From positions 247,799 through 311,798 of the IMG/VR virus record IMGVR_UViG_3300031994_000001: DNA of 64,000 bases. One strand, given 5' to 3'. The translations under genes and the position numbers were made by a program. Below, one piece after another: positions 18,299 through 28,132 of this stretch; the first letter of the stretch is position 1, and each line of letters starts with the position of its first letter. Source of the stretch: a virus (taxonomy: Duplodnaviria; Heunggongvirae; Uroviricota; Caudoviricetes). The notes beneath the pieces were generated by a model. It did no database searches, was not told the origin of the DNA, and saw only the letters and a program-made list of their open reading frames with translations.

Positions 18299-18461
18299 GG
18301 GTGTGCTTCTTATAACAGTTGTTCTCGTCATACTGAAAATGACGGACACAATCAAATGGAAATGGCGTTGGGTATTGTCCCCTCTGTGGATTTACCTGCT
18401 TGTGGTGCTTTTTATGTGCGCCTGCCTTATCCTAATCGGCTGTTGGGTTGAAATTTTCTAA
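18261..18461 (+). CDS. Small membrane protein (LK..D.I.W.W.WVLSPLW type)
   Basis: Two TM helices with WxWxWVLSPLW motif common in phage small membrane proteins; exact start uncertain. Confidence 0.65.
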   Translation: MLVSERRLSVTFKGVLLITVVLVILKMTDTIKWKWRWVLSPLWIYLLVVLFMCACLILIGCWVEIF

Positions 18462-18472
18462 AACATCATATT

Positions 18473-18910
18473 ATGAATCATCGTGATTATTTGATAAAAA
18501 CAGCGCGTGCCGTTGAGGTAATCAATACCGTCAGCCAACTTTTCGGTATTGAAATGAGCGAGATTCTGAACGCCCAAGAATCGGCTGACACCAACACCAT
18601 CATATCGGCACTCAACATAGCGAAAAAACACATTGACCGAGAAATCGAACATATCAAAACCGTTGACGAAGAATACAAGGATGACCTCGCATACGAAACA
18701 TTCGTCAACGAATGCCGCAATGCGGGCGAATCGCCCCGTGTTTTGAGTTGGAATGACATACCCAACAAGGCGCGTGCGGAAATCTACGACAACTACAAGC
18801 GTTATGTCCGCGATTTAGGTGTAGTCACCAACGCGGAGTTCAACAAATATATGACACTTGCAACAGAACAATTCAAAAGAAAATACAACATAGATAAAAT
18901 AGAACTGTAA
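18473..18910 (+). CDS. Hypothetical protein
   Basis: 145 aa ORF. Confidence 0.7.
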   Translation: MNHRDYLIKTARAVEVINTVSQLFGIEMSEILNAQESADTNTIISALNIAKKHIDREIEHIKTVDEEYKDDLAYETFVNECRNAGESPRVLSWNDIPNKARAEIYDNYKRYVRDLGVVTNAEFNKYMTLATEQFKRKYNIDKIEL

Positions 18911-18916
18911 CACATT

Positions 18917-21142
18917 ATGCGAAACGAAAGTATAGCAACAAGAAAAAGCAGGGTGAAAAAAAGCACAACTGCAATCAAACCGCAAACCGACCAAAACGAA
19001 ATGTCGGTCATAAAAGAAAAAGAAATCCGTCTTACCAACGCGCAAGCGCAGTTAAAAAAAGAGTTCATCGGGATTGACAATGTTATTGACAGCATTGTAT
19101 CGAACATACGGGTATGGTATCTGTTCCCGAAAATGATTTCAAAACCGCTCGTCATCAACCTATGGGGTTTGACTGGCTGCGGCAAGACGAGCCTTGTGAA
19201 CAGACTTTGCGAATTGCTTGAAATCCACGACAAAACAATCTGCTACAACCTCGCAAAACTTGATGAGGACAACTCAACCGAACTTGAAGACAACATAACG
19301 GAAAACATCCCGAACAAGGAGCGCAACCCCGTGTTCATATTCGATGAGTTCCAATTCGCCGCAACCAAGTCGGAGGACGGCAAAGAAAAGGACAACAAGA
19401 CCGCATTGAAAACCATTTGGGAAATCATTGACAGCGGCATATTCAGAGCGAAGTTGGAGCGTTACGTTATGTCCCACTTTGCTGAAATCATATTCCTATC
19501 GTCCTATATGGATAAATCGGGTGTCACGATAAAGAAAGGCAAACTCGTGAACATAGAGCGCGTCATAGGTTCGACAAAATCCGAACACACAAAGGACGAC
19601 AAACAAAAGGACACAATCCCCATTGACACAATCACAGATATTAAAATGGTGATTGACCGCTACTTCAACTATGACGAAAAGCAATATGACGAAAACGACC
19701 CCACAAGCAGTTGGTGCGAGGTAGCCGACAGATACATAAAAAACAAAAAGAACCTTTGGTTCTCGGCGCAAACCATAAGCACGCTCTACACAATGTACTA
19801 CCTCATCATTGACGACAGTATGCAACTCTATATGTTCGAGAAAATGCTGACAGAAATGACGATAAAGGACTTGATGCAGTTCCTATACAAACTCGAAACA
19901 AAGGCTAAAAGCGGATTCAGCCACGATTACAGCGGCTCGCTTGTGTTCGTAATCGGCAATGTTGACGAGGCTTACACCATAAGTTACAACGTGAACCCCG
20001 ATATGGATGCCGACCAATTCCACGAAATCACGAGCAAGTTGAGTATGGTTGACATCAAGGAGGCTTTGCAGGAGAGATTCCGCAACGAGCAAATCGCCCG
20101 TCTCGGAAACATTATGCTTATGTACCCGTCATTCTCATCGGAGAATTTCACGAACATTATCAAACTGCGCCTTGAGCAATACAAGAAGCGCGTGCTTGAA
20201 AACTTCGGAATCAACATTGGGTTTGACGAGAGCATTGTTGATGTCATATACAAAGACGGCGTGTTCCCGACACAAGGAACAAGACCCGTGTTTTCAAGCG
20301 TGTACGAAATTGTGGAAACCAAGTTGCCGCACATTATGCTGCACGCCTACGAAAACAACAACTGCAACATCGAACTCATCACACTGTCATACGCCGACAA
20401 CAAGGTAATCGCCGAAATAACGCAGAAAAACGGCGGCGAAAAACAGCGCATAGAGTTCAAGCAGGAACTCAAAATCGAAGACCTGCGTAAGAACAAGCGT
20501 GACGAACAGCAGGCTCTTACCGCAGTACACGAAAGTATGCACTTCGTTATGTACGCCAAACTGTTCGGAAAAATCCCCGATAAACTCGTGTCGAACTGCG
20601 TGTCGGACAACGCCAACGGGTTTATGATGCCGTCACGGGACGACAAGCACTTCATCAGCAAGAACGAATACCTCGCCCACATACAAGTCGCAATCGCGGG
20701 ATATGTGGCGGAGAAACGAGTGTTCGGCTGCGATGAGATTTCCTCTGGCGCAAGCAACGACCTGCTCCACGCAACCATTGACGCTATGGATATGGTCAAG
20801 AACTACGGTATGTTTTCCGACATTGTGCCTCCCTGCGTTTACACCTATCTGCAAGACGCACAAAGCACAAGCGGCGGATGCTTGGTGAACAATGATTACG
20901 ACAACAGCGTAATTTCCGATGTTGTCAAACAAATAATCCGCGACTGTGAAAACAGCGTTAAACTCACGATGGACGACCCCGAATGGTACAATATGTTCGT
21001 GAAATCCTCAAAGTACCTTTTCGACAACGTATCAATGCCGAAAGATGTTATGCGCCAACTCTACGAGGAAGTGAGCGAGGAAAAACGCAGCAGATTCCTG
21101 CGCAGCGAAACCTACTACCGAGACAGACTGCAAAACCTCTGA
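18917..21142 (+). CDS. AAA+ ATPase fused to peptidase M41 (FtsH-type protease domain), no TM anchor
   Basis: Walker A GLTGCGKT, Walker B FIFDE, HESMH, AGYVAE, SSGASNDL..AT..A..MV..YGM. Confidence 0.85.
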   Translation: MRNESIATRKSRVKKSTTAIKPQTDQNEMSVIKEKEIRLTNAQAQLKKEFIGIDNVIDSIVSNIRVWYLFPKMISKPLVINLWGLTGCGKTSLVNRLCELLEIHDKTICYNLAKLDEDNSTELEDNITENIPNKERNPVFIFDEFQFAATKSEDGKEKDNKTALKTIWEIIDSGIFRAKLERYVMSHFAEIIFLSSYMDKSGVTIKKGKLVNIERVIGSTKSEHTKDDKQKDTIPIDTITDIKMVIDRYFNYDEKQYDENDPTSSWCEVADRYIKNKKNLWFSAQTISTLYTMYYLIIDDSMQLYMFEKMLTEMTIKDLMQFLYKLETKAKSGFSHDYSGSLVFVIGNVDEAYTISYNVNPDMDADQFHEITSKLSMVDIKEALQERFRNEQIARLGNIMLMYPSFSSENFTNIIKLRLEQYKKRVLENFGINIGFDESIVDVIYKDGVFPTQGTRPVFSSVYEIVETKLPHIMLHAYENNNCNIELITLSYADNKVIAEITQKNGGEKQRIEFKQELKIEDLRKNKRDEQQALTAVHESMHFVMYAKLFGKIPDKLVSNCVSDNANGFMMPSRDDKHFISKNEYLAHIQVAIAGYVAEKRVFGCDEISSGASNDLLHATIDAMDMVKNYGMFSDIVPPCVYTYLQDAQSTSGGCLVNNDYDNSVISDVVKQIIRDCENSVKLTMDDPEWYNMFVKSSKYLFDNVSMPKDVMRQLYEEVSEEKRSRFLRSETYYRDRLQNL

Positions 21143-21162
21143 TAAATAGCAAAAATACAACT

Positions 21163-22068
21163 ATGGCGAAAACAATAGAAGTTGATGGCAAGACCATCAC
21201 ATTGAAAGAAAGCAAGCGGATGAAAAAAGCCGCTGAACACTATTTCAGAGTGGCTTCCTCACTCGGTCTCACACTCGAAATGGAACTCAACACAAAAGTA
21301 AAGATTCTCTTGGATGCAGGCGTAAAGGCTATGCGTGCAATGAACGAGGAACTTGACAACATTGTTGACGAGGACTACACAACCGTATCGGAGGTGCTTC
21401 AGATTCCCGTGTCGAAACAGCAATACACGGAGTTTGTCACAATCCTTACGAAAATCAAGACGGGCGAGTTCACCGACAAAAACAGAGAGCGTTACGAGGC
21501 GAATGTGAAACAAAAGATGTTCGACCAATGTATGCGTGAGAAATTCTTGGACACCGTTATCAACTCATACGAGGAAAAGGTGCAGGTTCCAGACTTCGGG
21601 GGATTGGCTAATTTCAACATCGGCTCAAATGATGACGAAGAGTTCAGCGAGGTCATTGAAAAATCCGTTGAGCGCAATATGAACGCCACCGAGGTACACC
21701 GCAAACTCATAGTTTCCTACTCACTCGCTTTCGAGTACATCACAGAGTGCAAGTACAGCGCAAAGGAGTTCAAAAATATGCTTGATTGGAAATACTTCTG
21801 CGGCGGAATCCCGACAGAGAAAAGCAAGCCGAAACTCTTTGACTTGTTCTACAAGTTTATGAAGGCTGTCAGACTGTGCGAAACATTCAACGTGAACGAC
21901 CACGAAAGTCTGCTGTACGAAATGGGTCTCAACTTGGAAACCACCGAGCCTATGCCTCTCGGAGACCACTTCGATTGGTGGGATGCCGAAACCATTATGA
22001 GATACTGCCCGACTGCAAAGGAAGATTATCTTGATTACCTCAACGAAAAACGACACAGAAATGATTAA
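21163..22068 (+). CDS. Hypothetical protein (start ATG 21163)
   Basis: Long ORF with genome-typical codon usage. Confidence 0.75.
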   Translation: MAKTIEVDGKTITLKESKRMKKAAEHYFRVASSLGLTLEMELNTKVKILLDAGVKAMRAMNEELDNIVDEDYTTVSEVLQIPVSKQQYTEFVTILTKIKTGEFTDKNRERYEANVKQKMFDQCMREKFLDTVINSYEEKVQVPDFGGLANFNIGSNDDEEFSEVIEKSVERNMNATEVHRKLIVSYSLAFEYITECKYSAKEFKNMLDWKYFCGGIPTEKSKPKLFDLFYKFMKAVRLCETFNVNDHESLLYEMGLNLETTEPMPLGDHFDWWDAETIMRYCPTAKEDYLDYLNEKRHRND

Positions 22069-22558
22069 GTACGTACCCGAAGATACAAGCGTTGTGTTCT
22101 CCGAAATACCAGATGAGGTAACGCTTGCATTCAACATAAGCAACTGCCGCAACCGCTGCAAAGGTTGCCACACACCGTATCTCCAAACGGATACGGGCGA
22201 GGAACTTACTGAATGCGTTGTTGACGAACTCATAGCAAAGAACGCAGGGATTACCTGCGTTTGCTTTATGGGTGAAGGCAATGACGAGGAGGCTCTATAC
22301 CGAATGGCAAAGCATATAAAAGCCAAACACAGCGGATTGAAACTCGGCATATATTCGGGCAGAGATGATGTTGAGCGTTGGTATGGCGAGACATTCGACT
22401 ATATCAAATTGGGTCGCTATGACGAAACTATGGGCGCGATAAACAAGGTCGGTACAAACCAACGGCTATACAAAAGAACATTCAACCCAAATGACATAAC
22501 CAAAATCGGAGAGGGATGGCAAAACATAACGTCAAAAATGCAGAAAGCGAATTTGTAA
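22061..22558 (+). CDS. nrdG: Anaerobic ribonucleotide reductase activating protein
   Basis: VVFSEIPDE, CRNRCKGCH radical-SAM motif, FDYIKLGRY, TNQRLY. Confidence 0.88.
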   Translation: MIKYVPEDTSVVFSEIPDEVTLAFNISNCRNRCKGCHTPYLQTDTGEELTECVVDELIAKNAGITCVCFMGEGNDEEALYRMAKHIKAKHSGLKLGIYSGRDDVERWYGETFDYIKLGRYDETMGAINKVGTNQRLYKRTFNPNDITKIGEGWQNITSKMQKANL

Positions 22559-23540
22559 AGCATATCATATATTGTATAAATTCCCGCCAATACGCCATAA
22601 TCAATATGGATTTGGACGGAATTATGTGCTATGCCATTGCAAAAATATTCCAACCGAATATGGAAATTGCTGGTTATAGCGATTCGGCTACACAATTTTT
22701 CAAAGCAAAATATGCGAAAATCGCAAATACTGTTTGCCTTGACTTGTACTGCAAGACAAAAGGTCTCGCCTGCATAGACAACCATATAATTGACATAGTA
22801 ATCCGTACCATAGAGGAAGAGTTCAAGTACAACCCGAATATCGTAAAAAACAAAACATTAGAAAACTACACGGAAAAATACCCGTTTTCAACATTCATAC
22901 TACTGTGCGCCGTGTTTGACAACATAGGTTGGCACGGATTCAACTTGGACACAGTTGTCTGCTATTACGAAAACCAACCAATTTACTTATGAGAACTGAT
23001 ATTGAGGGCTGACGACACACTATGCACTTCAAGAATGAACTATATAGAAAACGCCGAAAATTGGTGGGAATGGCTTTTAAGCATAGCGGGAAAGGACGGT
23101 ATGCTCTATAAGATATACCAAAAGGTTATGTCATTCAGCAAAGAGCAAGCCAATGAAAAAAAAAAAATCCGCATAACAAAGTTCTCAAAAAATATTTCCA
23201 CACAGAAACCGATGACGGTTTTTTGACACTATGCGACAACTACCACATTTTCAACGAAACAATACTTGACGCATTCAGACTTGGCTATGAATATCCGCAT
23301 CCACAAAACTTGACACGGCACGCTTTTATAAAGATAGTGTTCAAGACTTCCGACAGCGACCTTATGGACAGAATAATAAACGACAATGACGTGTTCTCAT
23401 ACGCATTTGTCGCAAAAGACAGATTGTCCGTAAGTATCACCGAAAGCAGCAAGCCAAAGTTTGACAAAATTAGATGCACAGAAAAATTGTACGATTTTCC
23501 ATTGGATGAAATCGAAGGTATAGATACCAAACATTATTAA
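22516..23540 (+). pseudogene. Interrupted DHH-like phosphoesterase (in-frame TGA 22990-22992; frameshift at A12 run 23156-23167)
   Basis: DLDG, IDNH, NPN, KYPFST motifs; three ORFs join into one reading across the two lesions. Confidence 0.55.
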
Positions 23541-23541
23541 G

Positions 23542-24554
23542 CACATACATAACTTATATAAAATAATATGACAGACAACTATACAAGATTATCAAAAATT
23601 CAAAAATTTTCTGAAGAATTGATTAAGTTGCAAGAAAGCATTACAACTATTGATAATGAAATTTCAATAGCAGAAAACAATATAGAACAAGAAAAAGAAA
23701 AAATAAGCCAAGAAATAGAAAAAATAGTTAGTCTTTTATCAAAAAAGAAAAACAATATTTTGAAAATTAAACAAGTAAATGCAAAAATCAATAGCATAAA
23801 AAACGAAATAGCCGAATCCAAAGGTGCAAAACCTATTTGTGTTGGATATGTACGATTGTCAAAAAAAAGTGAAAAAAATTTTGAAAGACAATATCACACA
23901 ATATATGATTCAAATTTTAATATTGTGAAAGTCTTTAAAGAAACAATATCAGCACATAACATAGAACTATCAAAAAGGCTTTTGGATGAATGTATAGACT
24001 ATTGCTATGAAAATGGAATACTGCTTATTGTCGTGTCAGAAGCAGGAAGATTGAGTAGAAACAGACACTTGTTTGAAGAAATACGTGCTAAACTTATTGA
24101 TAAATGTATAAATGTCTATTCGTGTAGCGAACATATATATCTTTTTGATAATGAGTTTAATTTGAATGCCGAATTTTACAATAAAATAATTGATGCAGAG
24201 AAAGAAATTGAACAAATACATAACAGATTAGCACAAGGACGTGAATTATACAAAGCAAAAGGCGGAACACTTGGGAGAAGAAAGGGTAGTGGAAAAACAT
24301 TAGAACAATTGCAAAATGAATATCCAAACCAAATATCTCTTTTACGAGAAGGTGTATCAATAAGAAAAGTTGCACATATAACTGGAATAAGTGTTTCAAC
24401 CGTCCAACGATTAAAACGAGAGTTCAAAATAACAAAGCAAAAAGATTATGTTAATGTTGAACCTATAACACACAACACAAATATTAAACAAAAAAATACA
24501 ATATCTGATAAAAAATTATTCTAACTTCAATAAATCACATACATAACTTATATA
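23542..24554 (+). mobile_element. Putative minimal integrated element: serine recombinase gene bounded by 19-bp direct repeats
   Basis: CACATACATAACTTATATA at 23542-23560 and 24536-24554; interior markedly more AT-rich than flanks. Confidence 0.65.
23568..24524 (+). CDS. Serine recombinase (resolvase/invertase family) with N-terminal coiled coil and C-terminal HTH
   Basis: GYVRLS..RQ, ETISA, GRLSRN, LGRRKG, SIRKVAHITGISVSTVQR. Confidence 0.88.
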   Translation: MTDNYTRLSKIQKFSEELIKLQESITTIDNEISIAENNIEQEKEKISQEIEKIVSLLSKKKNNILKIKQVNAKINSIKNEIAESKGAKPICVGYVRLSKKSEKNFERQYHTIYDSNFNIVKVFKETISAHNIELSKRLLDECIDYCYENGILLIVVSEAGRLSRNRHLFEEIRAKLIDKCINVYSCSEHIYLFDNEFNLNAEFYNKIIDAEKEIEQIHNRLAQGRELYKAKGGTLGRRKGSGKTLEQLQNEYPNQISLLREGVSIRKVAHITGISVSTVQRLKREFKITKQKDYVNVEPITHNTNIKQKNTISDKKLF

Positions 24555-24556
24555 TA

Positions 24557-25615
24557 ATGGATTTGACGGTAAACAAGAATGTGTGGAACAACTACTCCGA
24601 GGAAGAAAAGGAGCGGTTCGCCGATGCTGTGTTCAAGCATTACAGAGCATCGGGATTCCCGTATTTTCCGTCAGACCACGGGTTCAGAAAAGCGGAACTT
24701 GAAAAGTTCACCGACTTCCCCTATATGAAACTGCTTGACGGAAAGAACATCGGGCAGTCTATGCACGGGCTTTCGTTCTGTTGGAGTTATATGCCGCACG
24801 CATATTCAGTGAAGTGCAACAATATGCGCACACCGCTCGAAACATACAACGATGACGAACTGTTCAAGCAGGTGATACGCAAACGTATGAAAATGGGTGA
24901 CACGGTTACGCCAAACGGAATCCGCAAGATGCTCAAAATATTCACGGGTACGCAATGCGTGTCGAACTTCAGACCGACAGCGGCTGCTGTGTTTTACGAG
25001 TTGTTCGGTAAGGGCAAAACCGTTTGGGATATGTCCTGCGGCTACGGGGGTCGTATGCTCGGAGCAATGCGGGCAGGCGTGAAGAAATACATTGGAACAG
25101 AACCCTGCACAGAGACATTTGACGGACTGTGCGCCATACTTGACGAGTTCCCGCAATTCAAGGCAAAAACCGAATACGAACTACACAAGGTCGGCTCTGA
25201 ATGCTTCAAACCCGAAAGCGGCTCGCTTGACCTATGCTTCACTTCGCCGCCTTATTTTGACACGGAGAAATACTCTGATGACGAAACGCAATCCTACATA
25301 AAATACAGCACACCTTCTGAATGGATGAACGGGTTTATGAAAGACACACTTGAAAACTGCTACAACGGATTGAAGTCTGACGGTGTGTTGGCTGTGAACA
25401 TAGCGAATGTGAAAAGTTATCCTACAATAGAAAAAGATATGGTTAAGGTCGCTGAATCAATAGGGTTCAAACACAACACGATTATGCGCTACGCACTTTC
25501 TCTGCTTTCTTCCGACAGAGCAAGCAAGTTCAAATATGAGCCGATATATATTTTCACAAAGGACAGCAGGTCTGACTTGGTTGACAGTATGAGCCGAATA
25601 AAGGCACTTTTTTGA
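24557..25615 (+). CDS. SAM-dependent DNA methyltransferase (N4C/N6A type)
   Basis: WDMSCGYGGRMLG (SAM motif I) and FTSPPYF (motif IV). Confidence 0.8.
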   Translation: MDLTVNKNVWNNYSEEEKERFADAVFKHYRASGFPYFPSDHGFRKAELEKFTDFPYMKLLDGKNIGQSMHGLSFCWSYMPHAYSVKCNNMRTPLETYNDDELFKQVIRKRMKMGDTVTPNGIRKMLKIFTGTQCVSNFRPTAAAVFYELFGKGKTVWDMSCGYGGRMLGAMRAGVKKYIGTEPCTETFDGLCAILDEFPQFKAKTEYELHKVGSECFKPESGSLDLCFTSPPYFDTEKYSDDETQSYIKYSTPSEWMNGFMKDTLENCYNGLKSDGVLAVNIANVKSYPTIEKDMVKVAESIGFKHNTIMRYALSLLSSDRASKFKYEPIYIFTKDSRSDLVDSMSRIKALF

Positions 25616-25665
25616 TGGGCAATATTCCGAAATTTTTATTATATTGTAGTATAAGATTCAAAATT

Positions 25666-26139
25666 ATGAACGCCAAGCAAGAACAACTCTTTAAGAAGTG
25701 CATTTTTGAAAAAGTGCCGTACAATATTCTGTGCGAGTGCAAGACAAAGAACGGGGAGTCCACCGACAGTTACAGATGCACCCTTACACCGATGGTGGCT
25801 GCTTCTTTCTTCCAAGGCGAGGAAATGGACGGCGGCAACATAGTCACCGAAATCAAACCATATCTGCGGCAGATGGAATGTATGAGCAAATCGGAGGAGA
25901 TTGAATACGATAGCACATTCAACCACCTCGAAGGTCTCGGCGCGATTGAGACGTTAGCCACATTTGATTGGCTGAACGCAAACGGATTCGACTACCGTGG
26001 AATCATACATTTGGGTCTCGCATACCCCGCCACGGATGAGGTCACTGAAATTTACAGACGCAATTACGCCAACTACATACAAGAGAAGGATTCGCTTGAC
26101 AAAAACGGATTCGGTATGCAAATGACTATTGACTTATAA
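25666..26139 (+). CDS. Distal copy of the array paralog family (start ATG 25666)
   Basis: KVPY, KPYLRQM, DWLNANGFDYRGII; own promoter motif 25625-25645. Confidence 0.85.
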   Translation: MNAKQEQLFKKCIFEKVPYNILCECKTKNGESTDSYRCTLTPMVAASFFQGEEMDGGNIVTEIKPYLRQMECMSKSEEIEYDSTFNHLEGLGAIETLATFDWLNANGFDYRGIIHLGLAYPATDEVTEIYRRNYANYIQEKDSLDKNGFGMQMTIDL

Positions 26140-26153
26140 CCAAACCAAAAATT

Positions 26154-26489
26154 ATGACAGCCGAGGAAAAACTTATGGCAATCAGAGATGCGTTTGAAAA
26201 ATCATTTGTGCATCTCGCCAACGCTACATATCAATTTGAGGGTTGTGCATTGTCAAAGAAACGTGATTGGACAAAGGAGTGGATGGATTGGATTGTGAAA
26301 TTGATAGAGGACGACCCAGAGACGATAGGGGAGGAAAGCACCCAATATCTTACGGATGACGAAGTTCTCGAAGTGGCAAGAAAAATGGCATACGGCATAC
26401 AACTGACGAAATTTCCAAATGCCCTTCAAGTTTACATCAGAGGATTCCAAGACGGGCAATGGTGGAGAAAAGAGCAAGAAAAAAGTTGA
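26154..26489 (+). CDS. Hypothetical protein
   Basis: 111 aa ORF. Confidence 0.7.
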   Translation: MTAEEKLMAIRDAFEKSFVHLANATYQFEGCALSKKRDWTKEWMDWIVKLIEDDPETIGEESTQYLTDDEVLEVARKMAYGIQLTKFPNALQVYIRGFQDGQWWRKEQEKS

Positions 26490-26553
26490 TAACTTTGTTG
26501 ATAACTTTTTTTGAAACTATATCACGGCATAAAAAATAATTGTATTTTTGCAG
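26484..26553 (+). promoter_or_regulatory. Bacteroidota-type promoter (TAnnTTTG at 26543-26550) with tandem GTTGATAAC boxes
   Basis: Same architecture and spacing at 28047 and 46545. Confidence 0.75.
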
Positions 26554-26569
26554 CATAAAAACAAACGGT

Positions 26570-26836
26570 ATGAAAGTAGAATTAAAGCAAATCATTGAAC
26601 AGTTGACCGAACTTGTCGGTCTCGAAGATGGCTATAAAGTAGCCGCATTGGTTGACACCAAGACAAACGTGGTTGAAGGTTGGTATGTCGTCAAGGTTCT
26701 TGAGGACGGTAGAATCATTCCAATCGAAACTCTGAACTTCAAAACCGTCAAAGAAATGATGGAATGCTCACAGAACGACAACCATCTGATTTCCTCATAC
26801 ATCAAGAAAAACAAAGACACGAAATTATGTCAATAG
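26570..26836 (+). CDS. Hypothetical early protein (start ATG 26570)
   Basis: First ATG after promoter. Confidence 0.7.
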   Translation: MKVELKQIIEQLTELVGLEDGYKVAALVDTKTNVVEGWYVVKVLEDGRIIPIETLNFKTVKEMMECSQNDNHLISSYIKKNKDTKLCQ

Positions 26837-27216
26837 TGATACTCATTTTAGGCGTTGTACTTGTATTGCTTATGGCATACGGTGCTATTGTTTGTTCCCC
26901 TCTTTACGAGTGTATGCCGTTTTGGTTCAGCAGGGACGAGTGGAAGGTTTGGAAACAATGCTACAACGACAGCGTGGAAAGCGGCTATTCCGAAACCCAC
27001 ACTTATGAGGGGAAAACCTATTTGGAAAAGCACTACTATTTTTCAAACGGCAAATACGAGGCTCTTGTATTCAAAATAACAAACAGACCAATGGAATGCG
27101 CCATATTCGACAGAGAATCAAGAGACTGCGTGTTCTGCTCGTTTTGGAAACACCACTCCAACAAACTTATGGAAAAACTGCTTCAAATTGACATTCCCCA
27201 CAAAACATTTGAATAA
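26827..27216 (+). CDS. Hypothetical protein with N-terminal TM helix (start ATG 26827)
   Basis: MSIVILILGVVLVLLMAYG. Confidence 0.7.
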   Translation: MSIVILILGVVLVLLMAYGAIVCSPLYECMPFWFSRDEWKVWKQCYNDSVESGYSETHTYEGKTYLEKHYYFSNGKYEALVFKITNRPMECAIFDRESRDCVFCSFWKHHSNKLMEKLLQIDIPHKTFE

Positions 27217-27253
27217 ATACTCCATCATCTGTTAAATGTAATCTTGTTGACTG

Positions 27254-27280
27254 AACCCCGCGCAATGCGGGGTTTGGTTT
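27254..27280 (+). terminator. Rho-independent terminator
   Basis: AACCCCGC-GCAAT-GCGGGGTT hairpin plus T-rich tail. Confidence 0.6.
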
Positions 27281-27320
27281 GTTTGCGAAATTTTTATTAT
27301 ATTGTATAAAAAAAACTATT

Positions 27321-28043
27321 ATGAAAAAGAAAGAATTTTATATCATCGGATGCGATGACCTCAAAATCAAGGACAAGGTTGAGTTGAGCGAAAACGAACT
27401 GAAGATTGTGAAGTTCCTGCCGCTCGCAAAGGCTATGGTTGCATTGGTGTTTTTCATTGTCATAATGCTCGCCTTGCAACTGACCATCAATCAGAAAATC
27501 GAAATGAACAAAATGGCAACGGCACACGTGTTCGAGGTTGAAGCACTTATTTCAGAATTAGATTCCGTCACATACTGCTATGACGAGAGCGTGCGTATGA
27601 ACGACCTGCACGATGCCATATACGATGCTATTATGGGAGACCCTCACGAAAAGCCGACAAAGGAAAATGTGTGGAACTTCATACAGAAGTGCAACACTTG
27701 GTATCCCGACATCATTATGGCGCAGGCTGTGCAAGAAAGCGGGTGCGGTAACAGCGCGGTAGCCAAACGCTGCCACAATCTGTTCGGTATGACGAAACCC
27801 AATGCACGGAAACTGCGCTGCGATATAAACCGTCACAACAAGTCGGAGCAGTATGCCGAGTACAATAATTGGAAAATGAGTATCATTGACCGCATACTTT
27901 GGGACAGATGGGTGTTCAGACACACCAAGGGAATCCCGTCAAGAGACGTTTACCTATGCAAAATAGGAACGGTGTACAACACGGAAACCGAGGGCTACGC
28001 CCAACACATAGACAAGGTTTCGCGCAGTTATCAGACCGATTGA
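27321..28043 (+). CDS. Membrane-anchored glucosaminidase/lysozyme-like hydrolase (GH73-like)
   Basis: TM helix, coiled coil, then IIMAQAVQESG..S......NLFGM motif. Confidence 0.75.
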   Translation: MKKKEFYIIGCDDLKIKDKVELSENELKIVKFLPLAKAMVALVFFIVIMLALQLTINQKIEMNKMATAHVFEVEALISELDSVTYCYDESVRMNDLHDAIYDAIMGDPHEKPTKENVWNFIQKCNTWYPDIIMAQAVQESGCGNSAVAKRCHNLFGMTKPNARKLRCDINRHNKSEQYAEYNNWKMSIIDRILWDRWVFRHTKGIPSRDVYLCKIGTVYNTETEGYAQHIDKVSRSYQTD

Positions 28044-28046
28044 CGC

Positions 28047-28116
28047 TGTTGATAACTTTGTTGATAATTTTTTTATAAAAAGTGTGCTATGTATAAAAAT
28101 TTTTGTATTTTTGCAG
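28047..28116 (+). promoter_or_regulatory. Bacteroidota-type promoter (TATTTTTG 28106-28113) with tandem TGTTGATAA boxes
   Basis: Conserved architecture, three copies in window. Confidence 0.75.
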
Positions 28117-28132
28117 TGTCATTCAAAAAGCA

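Noticed and set aside
22990-22992. Genome-wide stop-codon reassignment (as in Lak or some crAss phages)
   Set aside because: Long conserved genes are intact under code 11 and TAG and TGA both end genes at expected positions; only one in-frame TGA was noticed
23557-23564. TATAAATA just before the recombinase
   Set aside because: Only 3 nt from the ATG in very AT-rich DNA; too close to be a credible late promoter
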